Both the position numbers and the translations under genes were made by a program. Positions 1 to 11,925 of a DNA stretch of 64,000 nt are shown piece after piece (position 1 is the stretch's first letter; each line of letters opens with the position of its first letter). Under the pieces are notes generated by a model. It saw nothing but the letters and a program-made list of their open reading frames with translations. It was not told the origin of the DNA and did no database searches. Where the stretch lies: NCBI GenBank assembly GCA_965655095.1, contig OZ296659.1, positions 65,224,001-65,288,000 on the forward strand, read 5' to 3'. The stretch is from Haplodiscus bocki. Taxonomy: Eukaryota.

Positions 1-1299
1 TTGCCCGCCTACAACTGCAAAACACTGGTGAACATACCAGACGACCAAAAGACGCCACGCAGGCTGATTTGGTTCCGGGACTACCTCCGACAGGTGGCTA
101 TGAAGACACTTTTTAGCAATGGATGTGTTCTCTAGATCTCTATTTGCCGACCCAACAACGAGTCAGGATGATAAAAGAAAAACCAAAGTCAAAATTTACA
201 TCATGACCAAGCAAGCCTACGTACCAACTACATTAATTTCAGAGCAGCGATCAGCTTTTGTATCTCAAGTGAAGAAAGATGTAGCTGAAGTTCTTAAAAA
301 TACCCAATAGCATGCTACAACAATGCACGCACAGACACCTGGAATGCTTCAAAGAACACACACCTCACTCAAAAAGGCACTAAAATTCAGAACTGACGAA
401 GGAGATCAATGTGGCACAAACTCTGAACATTGAAGTCCTAAATTACAACAAGCCCAACCATGCAAGCATTGGGTGTGAACATAGTAGAAGGTTCCATGGT
501 CGCATTCCGTATGATTTCCTTGATTGGAAAACAAGAATTTGTTGACAAAAGACACCCACACGAAGTTAACAAGTCGTGCAAGACATTCTCAAACAAACAA
601 AATTGATTTTCTGAGACGCTTGAAAGAATGCCAGGCAAGCCTACGTCAAAACCATAACGTACTACGCGAAAAAGCAAGTATCTCGAAACTGAGCGAATGA
701 GATTACGTGTATGTCTTACAGCTTGAAGCAGATCATCAAGGAAGTAAACTTTCCTTCACAGATTTTTGCTGGATAGGTCCCTATATCGTTGAAACGGCTT
801 TCCCAAAGAACAATGTTTTCGTACATGAAATCAGAACGGCCAATACGCAAGTGCTTTATCGCATGATACTTCGCCCATTCACGCCCATACAACCCAAATC
901 CGACGAACAAAACACATCAAAAAACAGAAATCTGACCCTGAAGTGATCATTATACATGATGATTTATACGCCAGAGCATGGGAGTGTGATTACCAAAAGC
1001 CTATTTTTGAAAATGACCGAGGTGAACTTGACATACCTAAGTCAACAGAATTTACAGTGCAATCTAATTTACTGAACGATGGAAGTTGTACGATTCCAGA
1101 CACCATACAGAGAACGTTTCCAGAAGTTTTTCCTCAAACCGAGGGGATGCATGACGGAATGGATACCGATCATGATGCTAAATATACATGGGAGACGAAT
1201 TTGGAGGATAACAACACTAATTCGATCAAACCACGTGACAAGAAATACGATATGGGTTTCAACATGAAGCTGAACTGGAATGACGACACCAGATACTGA
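1..1299 (+). pseudogene. Gypsy pol integrase core and C-terminal GPY/F region, frameshifted
   Basis: DLVPGLPPTGGYE...MDVFSRSLFA...IMTKQAYVPTTLISEQRSAFVSQV (rve core) and WIGPYIVETAFPKNN (GPY/F motif). Colinear with the integrase of element E2 (IDLLSQLPPSGGYE..IDVFSRY). Several stops and frameshifts. Confidence 0.88.
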
Positions 1300-1499
1300 C
1301 AATTTTCCATCTCATGAGAAATTTCCCCGTAAAAATAAAGAATGCTCAAGGAGCATTTCCGAAGACGACACCGAGAAATTCGCAAATCTGGATTTTAAAG
1401 TATACGGAACACCTGCTGCTTAAACCTAGTTTTTTGGGGAAATTCCATGACACTAAACTAATTTTCTACTCAAACTCAGTAACCACATCGAAGATTCGA

Positions 1500-4400
1500 T
1501 CTAATGTTTACAATGAACTAAACATTACAAACTGCAAACAAATATATACAACTAAAAAGCCGTCTGAGTTAGCGACGGGACTTTTGCATTGTGGGAGCAG
1601 AACGCCGTTCACGATGACGTATATGGGTCTTGGCTCCTTCAAAGCTCTTGTACAGAGCTGCCGCGAAACTTGGTAATACTTCCAAACAGGTGCGCTTGCG
1701 TGTGGTGGAAGGAGGACTGTCAGCCACCAAAAATTTGTCCTCCTGAGAAACAGACTACTGGTGTTTTCTGTTTTTTCCCTTGAAAGGACTGGGAGTGCCA
1801 CGGCTACTTCCTGCAAGACCTGGATCGTGTGGCTCAGCCAAACTGAATGGGACACCCCAACTTCAACAATGCTGGAGATGCGCTCTCCAGAACTCCGAAT
1901 GGGTTCGGCGATGTCAGAGAAAGCCACACTCTCCGGAGCAAAGTCACGCACATTAGTGTCTTTTGCAATCCTGTGCCGAACCAAAACGTCATGTCGCCAA
2001 TGCTTCAAACCAACAAATTTAGCGCGGGAACGAAGACAAACACTCTGCCGAGCATCAAGGAAACACGGTTACCGATATCAGCAGCTGAAGCATTTACAGG
2101 ATTGAGCATGCTGATCTCAGACGCTGAATCAAAACTGCGCTGCTCAAAATGACAGTTTTCGACGTAGTCCTGCTTGCGAGCAGCTGTAGAGCTCACCTCG
2201 TGGGCAGAATTGGCCACGAGACCCAAGTTCACAACGCTAGGACAGAGTGGACTTTTGGCTGCTGCGCGTTCAGAGCAGTTGATTGAAAGATCTAAAACAA
2301 ACCGAACTTCAACACCAAAACTACCTCTGACAGCCTCGAATTCATGGATGATACTCACAAAGGATATCATACAGGTTCTGGCGAGCATGAAAATTAGTCT
2401 TGGAGACACAGAAGGACAGGATGTGACGCATATCAGGACGCTTCGTCGTGGTATGCTGTTCCAACTGCCTCTGCTCTCTGGAAAGGTTGAAACTCAGCCT
2501 TAGACGACCCTAGCACAGATCTCTTTATCCGGTTTTTTTCCAAAAACTCAACAAGCTGATGTCCCAAAAAAAATCAATTTCGCCATTGATGATTCCGGGG
2601 CTGAGGCAAGTCAAACCTTGACCAGTGAGAGATCGCGCAGCTGCGGTAGATGAAACATTCCGCACAAGATCATCGAGGAACTGACAAGAGTTTTTGCAAA
2701 ACTCGCACTTGAGTTGGACTTTCTTAAAGCTATTTGTGTGCAGGTGCCTTCCAAGAAATGCTCTTCCTCAATCCGTGGAGGTGCGGAATGTTTAGACAAA
2801 ATGAATGCCTCCCATTTCTCGATGATTGAAAGCGAACAACTAGACTTGAATTTTTTGGAGCAGACAGTAAAAGAATCAGGACACTTTTCGAAAAGCAAGA
2901 TAGGTGTAGTCAGCACTCCGGATAGTTTCGTAAGTTTCCCATTAGAACGCCTGACTGAAAGAAGTTTGAAGGAGGAGTGCTCCTAGAGTTTTCCTGGTTC
3001 ACTCCGTGTCCCCCAAAACAAAAGGAGGAACAGACTAGGAACGGTACTACAATTCTCCAAGTCTACATCAACCAACGGAGGAAGAAAGAAAACAATGATG
3101 GAGTATTGATAGAAACCCCCATTTCTGCCCAGTACGAATTTGAGGAGAAAACTAGTGTGGATACTAGAATAGTCCCAGTAAATCCCAGCAATTCCTGAGC
3201 CAGACACAAAATAAACATGACCTGATGAGCTAAGTGCGAATTCAGCTAGCATATTTCCAAGATCAGATGGATGGGACGAATTTTGATGAGACCAATCTAA
3301 TCGACATAGGGGTAGCCGTCAATGCTTTTCTCTTAAAAAAATAGAATCAGTGTGAAGAATCCAAAAAGTTGGAATAAAAACAAAATAATGTGTTATAATA
3401 TACCGCAAGATGTCTTCATTGTCCTTTTTCTCAGTCTTTTTCACTCTTTCAAAGAAGAGGCAATCGTAGGCCAAACACCCACATTGCTTACATTGCTGGC
3501 CACCACGACAGCTCTGGCATTGTAAAAACTCCAGTTATCAGGATTTTCCTCAGGGCTGTTCACCAAATCATACAGTCCCTGTTTTCAGCCCCCTTGTCCC
3601 AGGTGAGCACAAACAACCACGAGTGGAGACCTCGTTCTTCAAATTCAACGCTGTACCGGTTGTGGGTTTGATTCAGTCTACTGATTGACGTAGGTTGCCA
3701 GGAAATATCTCATTTAAAATGAGTGACCAAAACGGGGGCAAGTAAGAACAAGGGGAACCTAGAAATAACACGGATATTTTTCGAAGCCAACGAGCACTTC
3801 CTCTCGTGACCAGGGAACTTCAACGTCCTTTTTACTGGCATTTAGCGTGAAGTCGCTTGACAGCCTCTCCACGAGCTCATGACCGCCTCTGAGTTGCACG
3901 ATTTCTATCAGGGACAACACTTCTGCCAGCGCTGAAAGATTTGGGCCCGCAGCACCACTCTGGGTGACCAACAAGTCTTCCGTGAAAACAAGCTCACGAA
4001 CTTGACTCATTATTGGAGTCTTCTTCTCGCGCTGACGACCAAGTTCAGCAACTGAGAGCAGGTTGCGCTCAAAATCAGGTACACTTCAACCAAGAGCCTT
4101 GAGGCTCAGACGCTGTTATCGCCGGAAAAGACAAGTTCCCTGGAAAGGCCAAAATAACTCATACGGCCCAAGTGTCACAACGGAAATATCCTTGCCACAA
4201 ACTTGGCAACAAAATAATTTGCCTTCCAGCAGCATCCGTAGGTCTGGTAGCGAAGACGCGTCCCATTTCCTCGCCAGCATATGATTTCTTCATTTTGTTA
4301 GTCTTTTTGTTCGAGATCTTTCTTGCCAGTGACTCCCTGACAAAGCTTGTCCAGAAAATCATTTAAAGCTGTGAACATAACAGAATCATATCACATCTCG

Positions 4401-5400
4401 AACCAGGATGCTCCGTAGCGGATACGGAAAGATACTCACTGCTCATTAGAGGATCCAGTAACTGTGGCTTGTCCTCCTCACAGACTGACCGGCAAAGTGA
4501 TACGAGCTGATGACTGGGAGCATATGTCATTAGTGCTCGTAGAAGCAGGATCTGCAGTAAACTGGTCTACAATAACAAAAATTATTGGAATCACGATCAG
4601 GTGAGGAAACAAACTGGAAAATTCCACCAAAAGGCCAAAACAATACACTCATTGAAAGCCAGAAAATTGTGACTCCGATCAGGACTCGATTAGGGGGACC
4701 TCGGAGATCACTGTCTTTGGCGAGAGGAAACAACGGCCTCCTCACAAAGGCTTTTTTCCTCCGAACCTGACTCTAACTCTGAACAACAATCAAAACTTTC
4801 TCAAGGCCGGATTTCATCGGCAAGTCCTCGTCAGCACCTATGGACAAAGACGTTGCAAAGACGTGAATGCAAAATTAATTTATTTGTTATGAAAACGAAC
4901 TTTCGGAGATATCCATGGGGCCATCTTTTTTGGAAGCTCTGCTTTGCACCTTATCTTCAGAGATCGCTCCAGCAAACCTCAGGTTGTGACCCAAACGTTT
5001 GAATGAACTTTGCTCGGGAACGCTCTGGGCAAGCAGCAGGGTTTCCAGATGAATCATACACTAGAAAACATTAAAGTTATGATGCCATCTTCAATAAATA
5101 GTGAGCACGGAAAACTTAGCTCAAAAACATTACTTGGTGGCGAATACGCACAGCGACGATGAGATAAAACAAAGATTACACAAGGGATGTCCAGAGGTAA
5201 TAACCACCCCACACGAGTCTCACATGAGGGCAACACTCACAGATTCCCTGAAAGTGAACCCCTCAGACTCCTCAACACAAAGCACCGGGGTACTACTCCC
5301 AACCACATACACATAATCTTGTGCTTCACTAACGTCAACAGCAGCACTCTCTTTAGCCATTAATGCAAGAGAAGGTCATCTCCATTCTCGTTTTCCTCTT
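1500..5400 (-). pseudogene. Decayed antisense ORF(s) of unknown function carried inside E1 between integrase and PPT
   Basis: Chain of minus-strand ORF pieces (1508-2008, 2005-2409, 2611-2916, 3759-4010, 4530-4745, 5054-5236) in a GC-richer block. Local similarity to the equivalent block of E2, e.g. shared GAGGTCCCCCT preceded by AF-x-x-x-P codons. Confidence 0.5.
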
Positions 5401-6576
5401 CATAGGGACTGAAGACCGCACAAACTAATTAGCTGTAAGGCAGACAGTTTCGTTCCGCACTCGCTCTGGGCACGCCTTTCTCACCCTTCTTCAAATTTTT
5501 CCAGCTTTTCAACAACTGGGACGTCAACGGGATTAGGGAAAAGTTCTCGCTTGCCAGCTCCAGCAGCATGACGATCAGATTCATCTCGATTTGAAACGAC
5601 AACCTCGGCAAAAACAAAACTTTACTCCGTATTGAATGACATGATTCTTTCCGCTCAAATGGAAGCACGTGGCTATCAAGCTATTAGGCTATCAGTATCT
5701 TACCTGATGGATTCACGTTTTTTGTTCATAAGATTCAATCATTCCAACTATGACTGATTTGTCTGCCACCAGTCATATGAGCATGATTTTTCAAGGAGAT
5801 GATGACGAAACTCGAAAGTTCCTCATTCATAATTTACTTTCCCTGAATTGCCTTAAACACATCAACTTCAGCTATACTGTCAAGTACTCAACTTTATCAT
5901 TTCCAACTTCTACCGCCGAAACATCAAAGCATCTCTCGCCTGATAAAGCTTGCCAAATACCTTTTTGTTCTTTTCATCACTTTTTGCAGTCACTTCACCA
6001 ATTTCAGGAGCTAAGGCAAGCTTCGAGTCAATTTTTTGGATTCCCCTTCTTTTGACTCAGATGTCTATCTTGTAGAGTGGTTGTGGAGAGAACCTTGCCC
6101 AACTAGAAAGAACACCCCAGAGGTTCGCAACTCCATTCAGTTGTAGGGAGCATTGGCACGTAAAGTATTCACGATCTCCTCCATAGCATCTCCGGAGCCG
6201 CAGATTGTGACACGTGAGTCAAGCTCAAACGCGCCTTTAATCCATTATGGCTATGGCAGACAGCAACCGGATTTTGCCCGTCGCCTCAATCTGCCCAAGA
6301 ACCATTTCAGCTTGATGTAGCCCATAACTCCTTCAGCTAACACGGAAGCACAATGGCGCCCTCCCGCACTTGATCACAAAAGAAACAGTTTCATGTTTCC
6401 AAGATATCAAATTCATCAAAGATGGTCAGTTCAGTGAATGCTTGTGAAACGTTCTCAGACGTGGGGACCGTATATTCAGATAAAAGCCGATTACTATCTG
6501 TCGCAACGATCCGATCCTCTACGTTGCCGCCACCAAGAACTTAGAAACAAAATGTGGGCCTGGAATTGTCATCTCT

Positions 6577-6589
6577 AGGAAAAAGGGAG
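6577..6589 (+). other. Polypurine tract (plus-strand primer) of E1
   Basis: AGGAAAAAGGGAG directly abutting the LTR start TGTCGCAG. Confidence 0.8.
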
Positions 6590-8699
6590 TGTCGCAGTAC
6601 ACTTTCGAAGCCTGCGTTCAACTTTTTCAACAGAAAAGACACCCCAGGACTCAGAATAAGCTTACACTGTCACATTTATTCTAAGAAGTTTTCAGGAGCA
6701 GTTTAAGTTACCATACATGTATACTGATCCGTATTAATTACGGTCCCCCCAATGAACTGATCTAGACAAGGATAGAACCGTTGCGGAACAAACGAATAGT
6801 CATAGAGCTTTCCTTTCAGAATGGTCTATTTTTCTCATATTCCTAATTTTTAATTACAAATCTACTCTAACGGATGCGCGAATCCTTAAGAGACAGTCCA
6901 ACTTTTCTTCGATTCTGGTTTGCACTACTTGAGGGCATTTTACGTCACTTTTCGTTGAAAAAAACTACTCTCAAATTTTTTTTATGAAATAGTCTCAAGC
7001 CACTTTTACCGGGTGTTAATAAATTAACTTTCTGTGTTTTCGATTGTTCTTGACCGAAAAAATCTAAAGATACCAATTCCTCCTCAATTGAAAATCAGCT
7101 GCATTGGTTCGAAATTGAAGAAATTCTGGAGAAGCAAATATCTATTTAACGATCACCTTTTTATTTCAGTCCTAAAACTGGTTCCGGTTAACTTTATGAA
7201 ACTTCACAAGTTATCGTTTGTTAGGATCTAATCGAAGTTCAAAATATTTCATTTGATAGCCTTATATGTGACCTAGCTGCTGAAGTGGCGAGTAAATGTT
7301 TGTACCGCAAATATTTACCTGAGAGATAAGATTCTGAAACGTTTTCAGTGAATGATGACTTGCCAAAGTTGAATTTATCATTCTTGAAGCAAGTTAGTTC
7401 TTTTGTTCACATTGATGATATGAGTAAAACTGAAGTAATGTAACATTGACAAAACACCTGTAATTAGATTCAAATAGAATCCTGGTGCCGTTAAAGGTAC
7501 ATAAAAGTTGAATAAAAACTCTAGCCTTGTCAGAAAAATGGATTTGATATTTGACCCAAGGGGATATGATTTGTGTAAAATAAATATTTCTTGCAATAAA
7601 GGCGTGTGGAGTGAATCAGCCAGGAACAGTTGAGGCTGCAGACTGTCGGGTCTGAACAATTCTAGGAGTTTATGCCAGCGGTGACAAAAAGAAGGTGCTC
7701 TTCTACAATCTCATTAAGAGCGCCAAGAAGTTTATGAAGTTTATATTCTTTGATGCTCCAAAAAAGTAATGAGAACAAAAACAGAAGAAATTGTCAAGTG
7801 CGCCTGTCCACTACATTGTGGGGTTTGTGGGTTTGTAGGGTTTGTTTCTCATTGAGCGTTGTATTGGAAACAAAACTGGTTTCAATTTTTGAAAGTAGCC
7901 CAAATTAAATTTCTAGCCTTTGATGACTTGAAACGAAGTCAATGAGGGCCAACTTGAGAAAATTGCGCAGAGACGTTGAAAGCCCATGGCGTGAGTATTT
8001 TTTCCCTCTGTGTTCCGTCGCTACTAGTCCGGTGCCATGACAACCAATTCAATTCGTCAGCTATGGCGCGGCTCTGTACTGATTACGGAGTGAATCCGTT
8101 TTCACTCCTAGTTTGAGCACAGCTTCAGTGACTTTAACTGACATTTTTAGTAGCTACGTAAGTTCTCCGGAGACTACTTATACCCGCTCGTTTAAAGGAA
8201 AAGTAAACTGAAGGTGCTACCAGTTTTTCCCCAATTTTTACGATGATTTTCTGATCCACCAATGAGAGACTGGAAGTAAGAAGCCATCATTTTTTTCTTT
8301 CGACTTTAATTTTTTTCATTTTCTTCAACTGTGACAACGCTGAGGAGAGAAAAGAAGTAAGCAGCAATCAACAGGGATTATCATGAAGATCATCCTAGGA
8401 TCAACCAGGCTCGAAACATAAATTTTCCTAGAATCGAGGAAAATTATATTACTCCGGCGTCAGGAGAAGGTTTTCAGAATTTCAGTAACACGCAAAGTTG
8501 CATTTTGGGGGCCCTATCACGCCTAGATAAATTCCTCTGAACCAACAAAACTGGATTCGCTCCGGACACGCTCTGGATTCAGCTCGGACTTTAAGAGGAG
8601 AAAACCAGGGATCGAATGAGGACCTTTCCCAGAATACTGGAATAGGAATCTCTATGAGGCAGTCCTCACAGGATTTACGCCCAGCAAATACCTCTTACA
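6590..8699 (+). repeat. 3' LTR of E1 (LTR family A, ~2.1 kb) containing a decayed Gag N-terminal ORF at ~8331-8699
   Basis: TG...CA termini. 6590-6850 aligns with 30595-30830 and 7950-8699 with 30940-31869. Encodes TTLRRE(K)RSKQQSTGIIM..-like frameshifted homolog of MATHRKKRKLAA. Confidence 0.78.
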
Positions 8700-9192
8700 C
8701 CAGGCATGTTTCAAAATACTATTCTGAAGATAACTTTTCCAGATATGATTTTTTGAACTTGCATATATGGAGTGAATGGTTCTCCGATCCACTGGCGTTG
8801 TCCAGTTCAGATTTTGGATTTATTAAACTATATCAAGATAACTTATTTTCTTTTTGAAACAATTCAAAGAATCCAGCATTGCAGCGTCAAAATGTTCTTC
8901 TGAATTTATCACTATTGTTGAGCAATGTAACAAGCGACATCCCAATGTTATGGATGATTCATGGAAAACCATCAAAAACTCATAGAACATCATCACTTTC
9001 ATTTTGTTTGTTTTCTTGAAATTTTCCTATCTCTTTATCGAAGGAGGAGTGGGTGGTAAAGGGCACTTTACAGTCTTAATAAACGTTAGTGTAAATTTGA
9101 ATTGAAAAAACTCGTAAAGTCCTAAACTTTTCATTTACTTCGAACGATATGTTCCTTTAACACTCGGAAAAGCCTCTTTGAAAATGTGATAT

Positions 9193-11236
9193 TGTGATGA
9201 GCGCGTGTTTCCCGGTCAATCTTTCTTTCATTGACCGATAAATCACCTGCCTCAATGAAATTCTTACCACGAGTCTCATTGATACTATTGAAGTCTGTGT
9301 TCGAGTTCAACCTAATTGAGACGGTTATTTGATGGCCTTTGGCATCTCCTGAGAAGAATCTCTGGTTGGGATCAATTACGGTTTTTCCTGGATCCCGTCC
9401 AGAAAACGCGTCGACTGATTTCATGACTAGTTCTAGTCTATTTATCGATGAACAATCCATTGCGGCTAAGATTGAGTCATCTGTTTTGGCCTCGATCGTT
9501 GCCACCGGTTTGTCTACTTCGCTGCTTAATCTGTCAGTAACAATCTCTAAAGTGCTTGTCAATTCATTGGAGAGCAATAAACTGGGACCGAGTTTCTTCA
9601 ATTCCTTGAAGGTACGTTTTCACCTTTTGCAATTGTTCTAATTTCCACCCATTTGTTGTGATTGCCTTATCATCTCATAAAGTCGTCGGCAAGATCACCT
9701 ATTTGGATGAGAAGCCTTCTTTTATGCTGCCTTTTTCGCCAAGTGGAAACTATTACAGCATTTGAATTCAATCGAAATTGAAAGTGTTTCAATTGAAGAA
9801 ATTGAGAGGTAAAACAGGTTCAAAGACAGCAACAAAACAGTTGGAGTCTTTTCAGATAGAACTTGTCGTTACTCTCACACACAAAAGGTATGAAATGCTA
9901 CCGTTGGATCAGTCGGTCGTCGTATCTCCTTCGTTGATTTCCAGTTGGGCATGCAATCAGAGTATGTTGTTCATTGACGTCACAATAGCAACTAAATTTA
10001 TAACTGTGACTAGTTTCAAAGTTAATTTACCGCATTTCTTCGACGTCATTGAACATTCGCTATAAATAAGAATTTAGTGGGAAAACACTAATAGGGTATA
10101 GGTATGTTTTCTCTGAGAAACTTCAACTTTTCATGGAAATAGCATGTTTTAGGTTGTATTTGCATCAACACACGATTAATTGTTGGTCCTGAGGTTTAAG
10201 AGGGGGTCACAGTGCACTAAAAAACATTCTGGGCCTCAAACTTTGATTTGGGCCAAATTGGCCATCTGTTAGCTGAGTTTTCTGATTTGACTACATCAAA
10301 CACCGGCCTAAAAACTTGTTATGACTTTTTTTGAAGATAGCGCCAACATAGCCAGATATCATTAAATACTTGGACTTTGGTGTTCCTTGAGTCTTTTCAT
10401 GTAATATAAAAGTTTAGTATGGTTCGTTCGGTGATTGAAATCAGTTACGTAGGTTAGTTTTTGAAATAGATATAAGTCTTGTAAAAAATACTAGAATAAA
10501 TTATGTCAAAGGAGGTCAAACAACCTACTCAAGACCTGATGTTTAGGTTGCCGATCAGTTTTTGTATTGTCTATTGCTTGCCTTTCTTCTCAGAACCTTG
10601 CTTTTACATTTATCAAATTTTCCCTGCCAAAAATTTAAATCAAACTTCTTTAGGATGTATTAAACTTCATGTAGGGATGTTTTGAGAATATTAAAGCCTG
10701 GCTTTTGAAATCAACTATTCAAGTCAATAAATACAAGAAAACGCGATTTTGACGTTTTTTCTGTCTTCTATAAACTTCTGCAGCATCATGAGTTGTCTTT
10801 AATTTGCTTAGACTGAGGCCATTCAAAGGACCGGCTGCTGACTTGTTTTGCTGCGCTGCTTTATTTTGGCCTGTCAAATGGCAGCCAGGGAAGAAAACTT
10901 TGACCTTGTACTGGTTTAATACTCCTCAAACGCCATTAATGAATAGAATGATGTGATATCGATTTATTAGCTAAAAAGTCTAAATTAGGCCCGATAACTA
11001 GTTGTTTACACTCTAAACTGCACTTTTGAATGCTTCGCTTTTGCGTAGACTTTTTAGTTCGTTACATGGACTCCCCATACTTTCCATTTAATTTTGTGTA
11101 TACATGTATATAAATCCAAGGCTTTACTTTCGTAAAAAGTATAATAAGTAGTACTGCAGTTGATTGTTTATACTCCCATCTTCACCCAGAAACAACGGCA
11201 AACATCCTTGCTTGGACTTGTTGCTTGGATGCCACA
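9193..11236 (-). repeat. Solo LTR of family B (diverged relative of the E2 LTRs), ~2.04 kb
   Basis: Minus-strand start TGTGGCA (11236) and end ...CTCATCACA (9193). Its ORF 9131-9601 (ELVMKSVDAFSGRDPGKTVIDPNQRFFSG...DRETRAHH) aligns with 41353-41673 (ELVFKPTNASSVRSVAGTVLDPDQRDFSG...DRQSLTHH); 10820-10950 aligns with 42910-43040. No convincing TSD. Confidence 0.78.
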
Positions 11237-11725
11237 AGTGATGTCGAATGTTTGTCCGCCGCAGTCGGCCGCTTTCGAACGGTATCAAAAAGAATATATA
11301 GTAGTTGAGTTTTTTTATACAGTGAGTGCAAAAAATTTTGAAGTAATTTTTATCTTTAGGAAAAAGTAAAATGTTAGATATTTGATTCTTTTTGAAAAAG
11401 TCAATGGCTTCATAGGAGCAGAAGCCTCACAAGATTTTTATGGCGTTTCCGGTGATACGTTCATTTGTTGGAAATGTTTCTTATCTATGGATTTTTTCAA
11501 ACCTCTAAAGAGATCTTTTCCAACAGTTACTGAACTTCGATGGAGAGATTGTGATCTACAACAGAAGGAAACACAAACTGTAAATTTGCAGAACCAAGTC
11601 TGTCTTAACCTTTCCTTTTTTAAGGGCTCCTTCAAACAACGGACAAGTTAGGAGTGCTGATCGCAAAGTTTGACGTTGTTAGATTGGCTTGACCCCAACG
11701 AATTTTGCTTTTTGACATTTCAGTT

Positions 11726-11925
11726 NNNNNNNNNNNNNNNNNNNNNNNNNNNNNNNNNNNNNNNNNNNNNNNNNNNNNNNNNNNNNNNNNNNNNNNNNNN
11801 NNNNNNNNNNNNNNNNNNNNNNNNNNNNNNNNNNNNNNNNNNNNNNNNNNNNNNNNNNNNNNNNNNNNNNNNNNNNNNNNNNNNNNNNNNNNNNNNNNNN
11901 NNNNNNNNNNNNNNNNNNNNNNNNN
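11726..11925. other. Assembly gap (200 N)
   Basis: Run of Ns. Confidence 1.

Larger units (their letters stand above)
1..8699 (+). mobile_element. 3' portion of a degenerate Ty3/Gypsy LTR retrotransposon (element E1): integrase, ~5.3 kb extra region, PPT, 3' LTR; 5' part lies outside the window
   Basis: Integrase remnants at 1-1299; purine tract AGGAAAAAGGGAG (6577-6589) immediately followed by TGTCGCAG (6590); LTR homologous to the solo LTR at 30595-31869 and ending ...CCTCTTACA at 8699. Confidence 0.85.

Noticed and set aside
1300-5400. env gene (errantivirus-like) after integrase
   Set aside because: No sense-strand long ORF remnant with signal peptide, furin site and TM anchor was recognisable.
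6953-7981. 8-bp direct repeat CGTTGAAA as TSD of an insertion in the E1 LTR
   Set aside because: No terminal inverted repeats, and LTR homology seems to resume before the second copy. The length difference from the 30595 solo LTR could equally be a deletion there.
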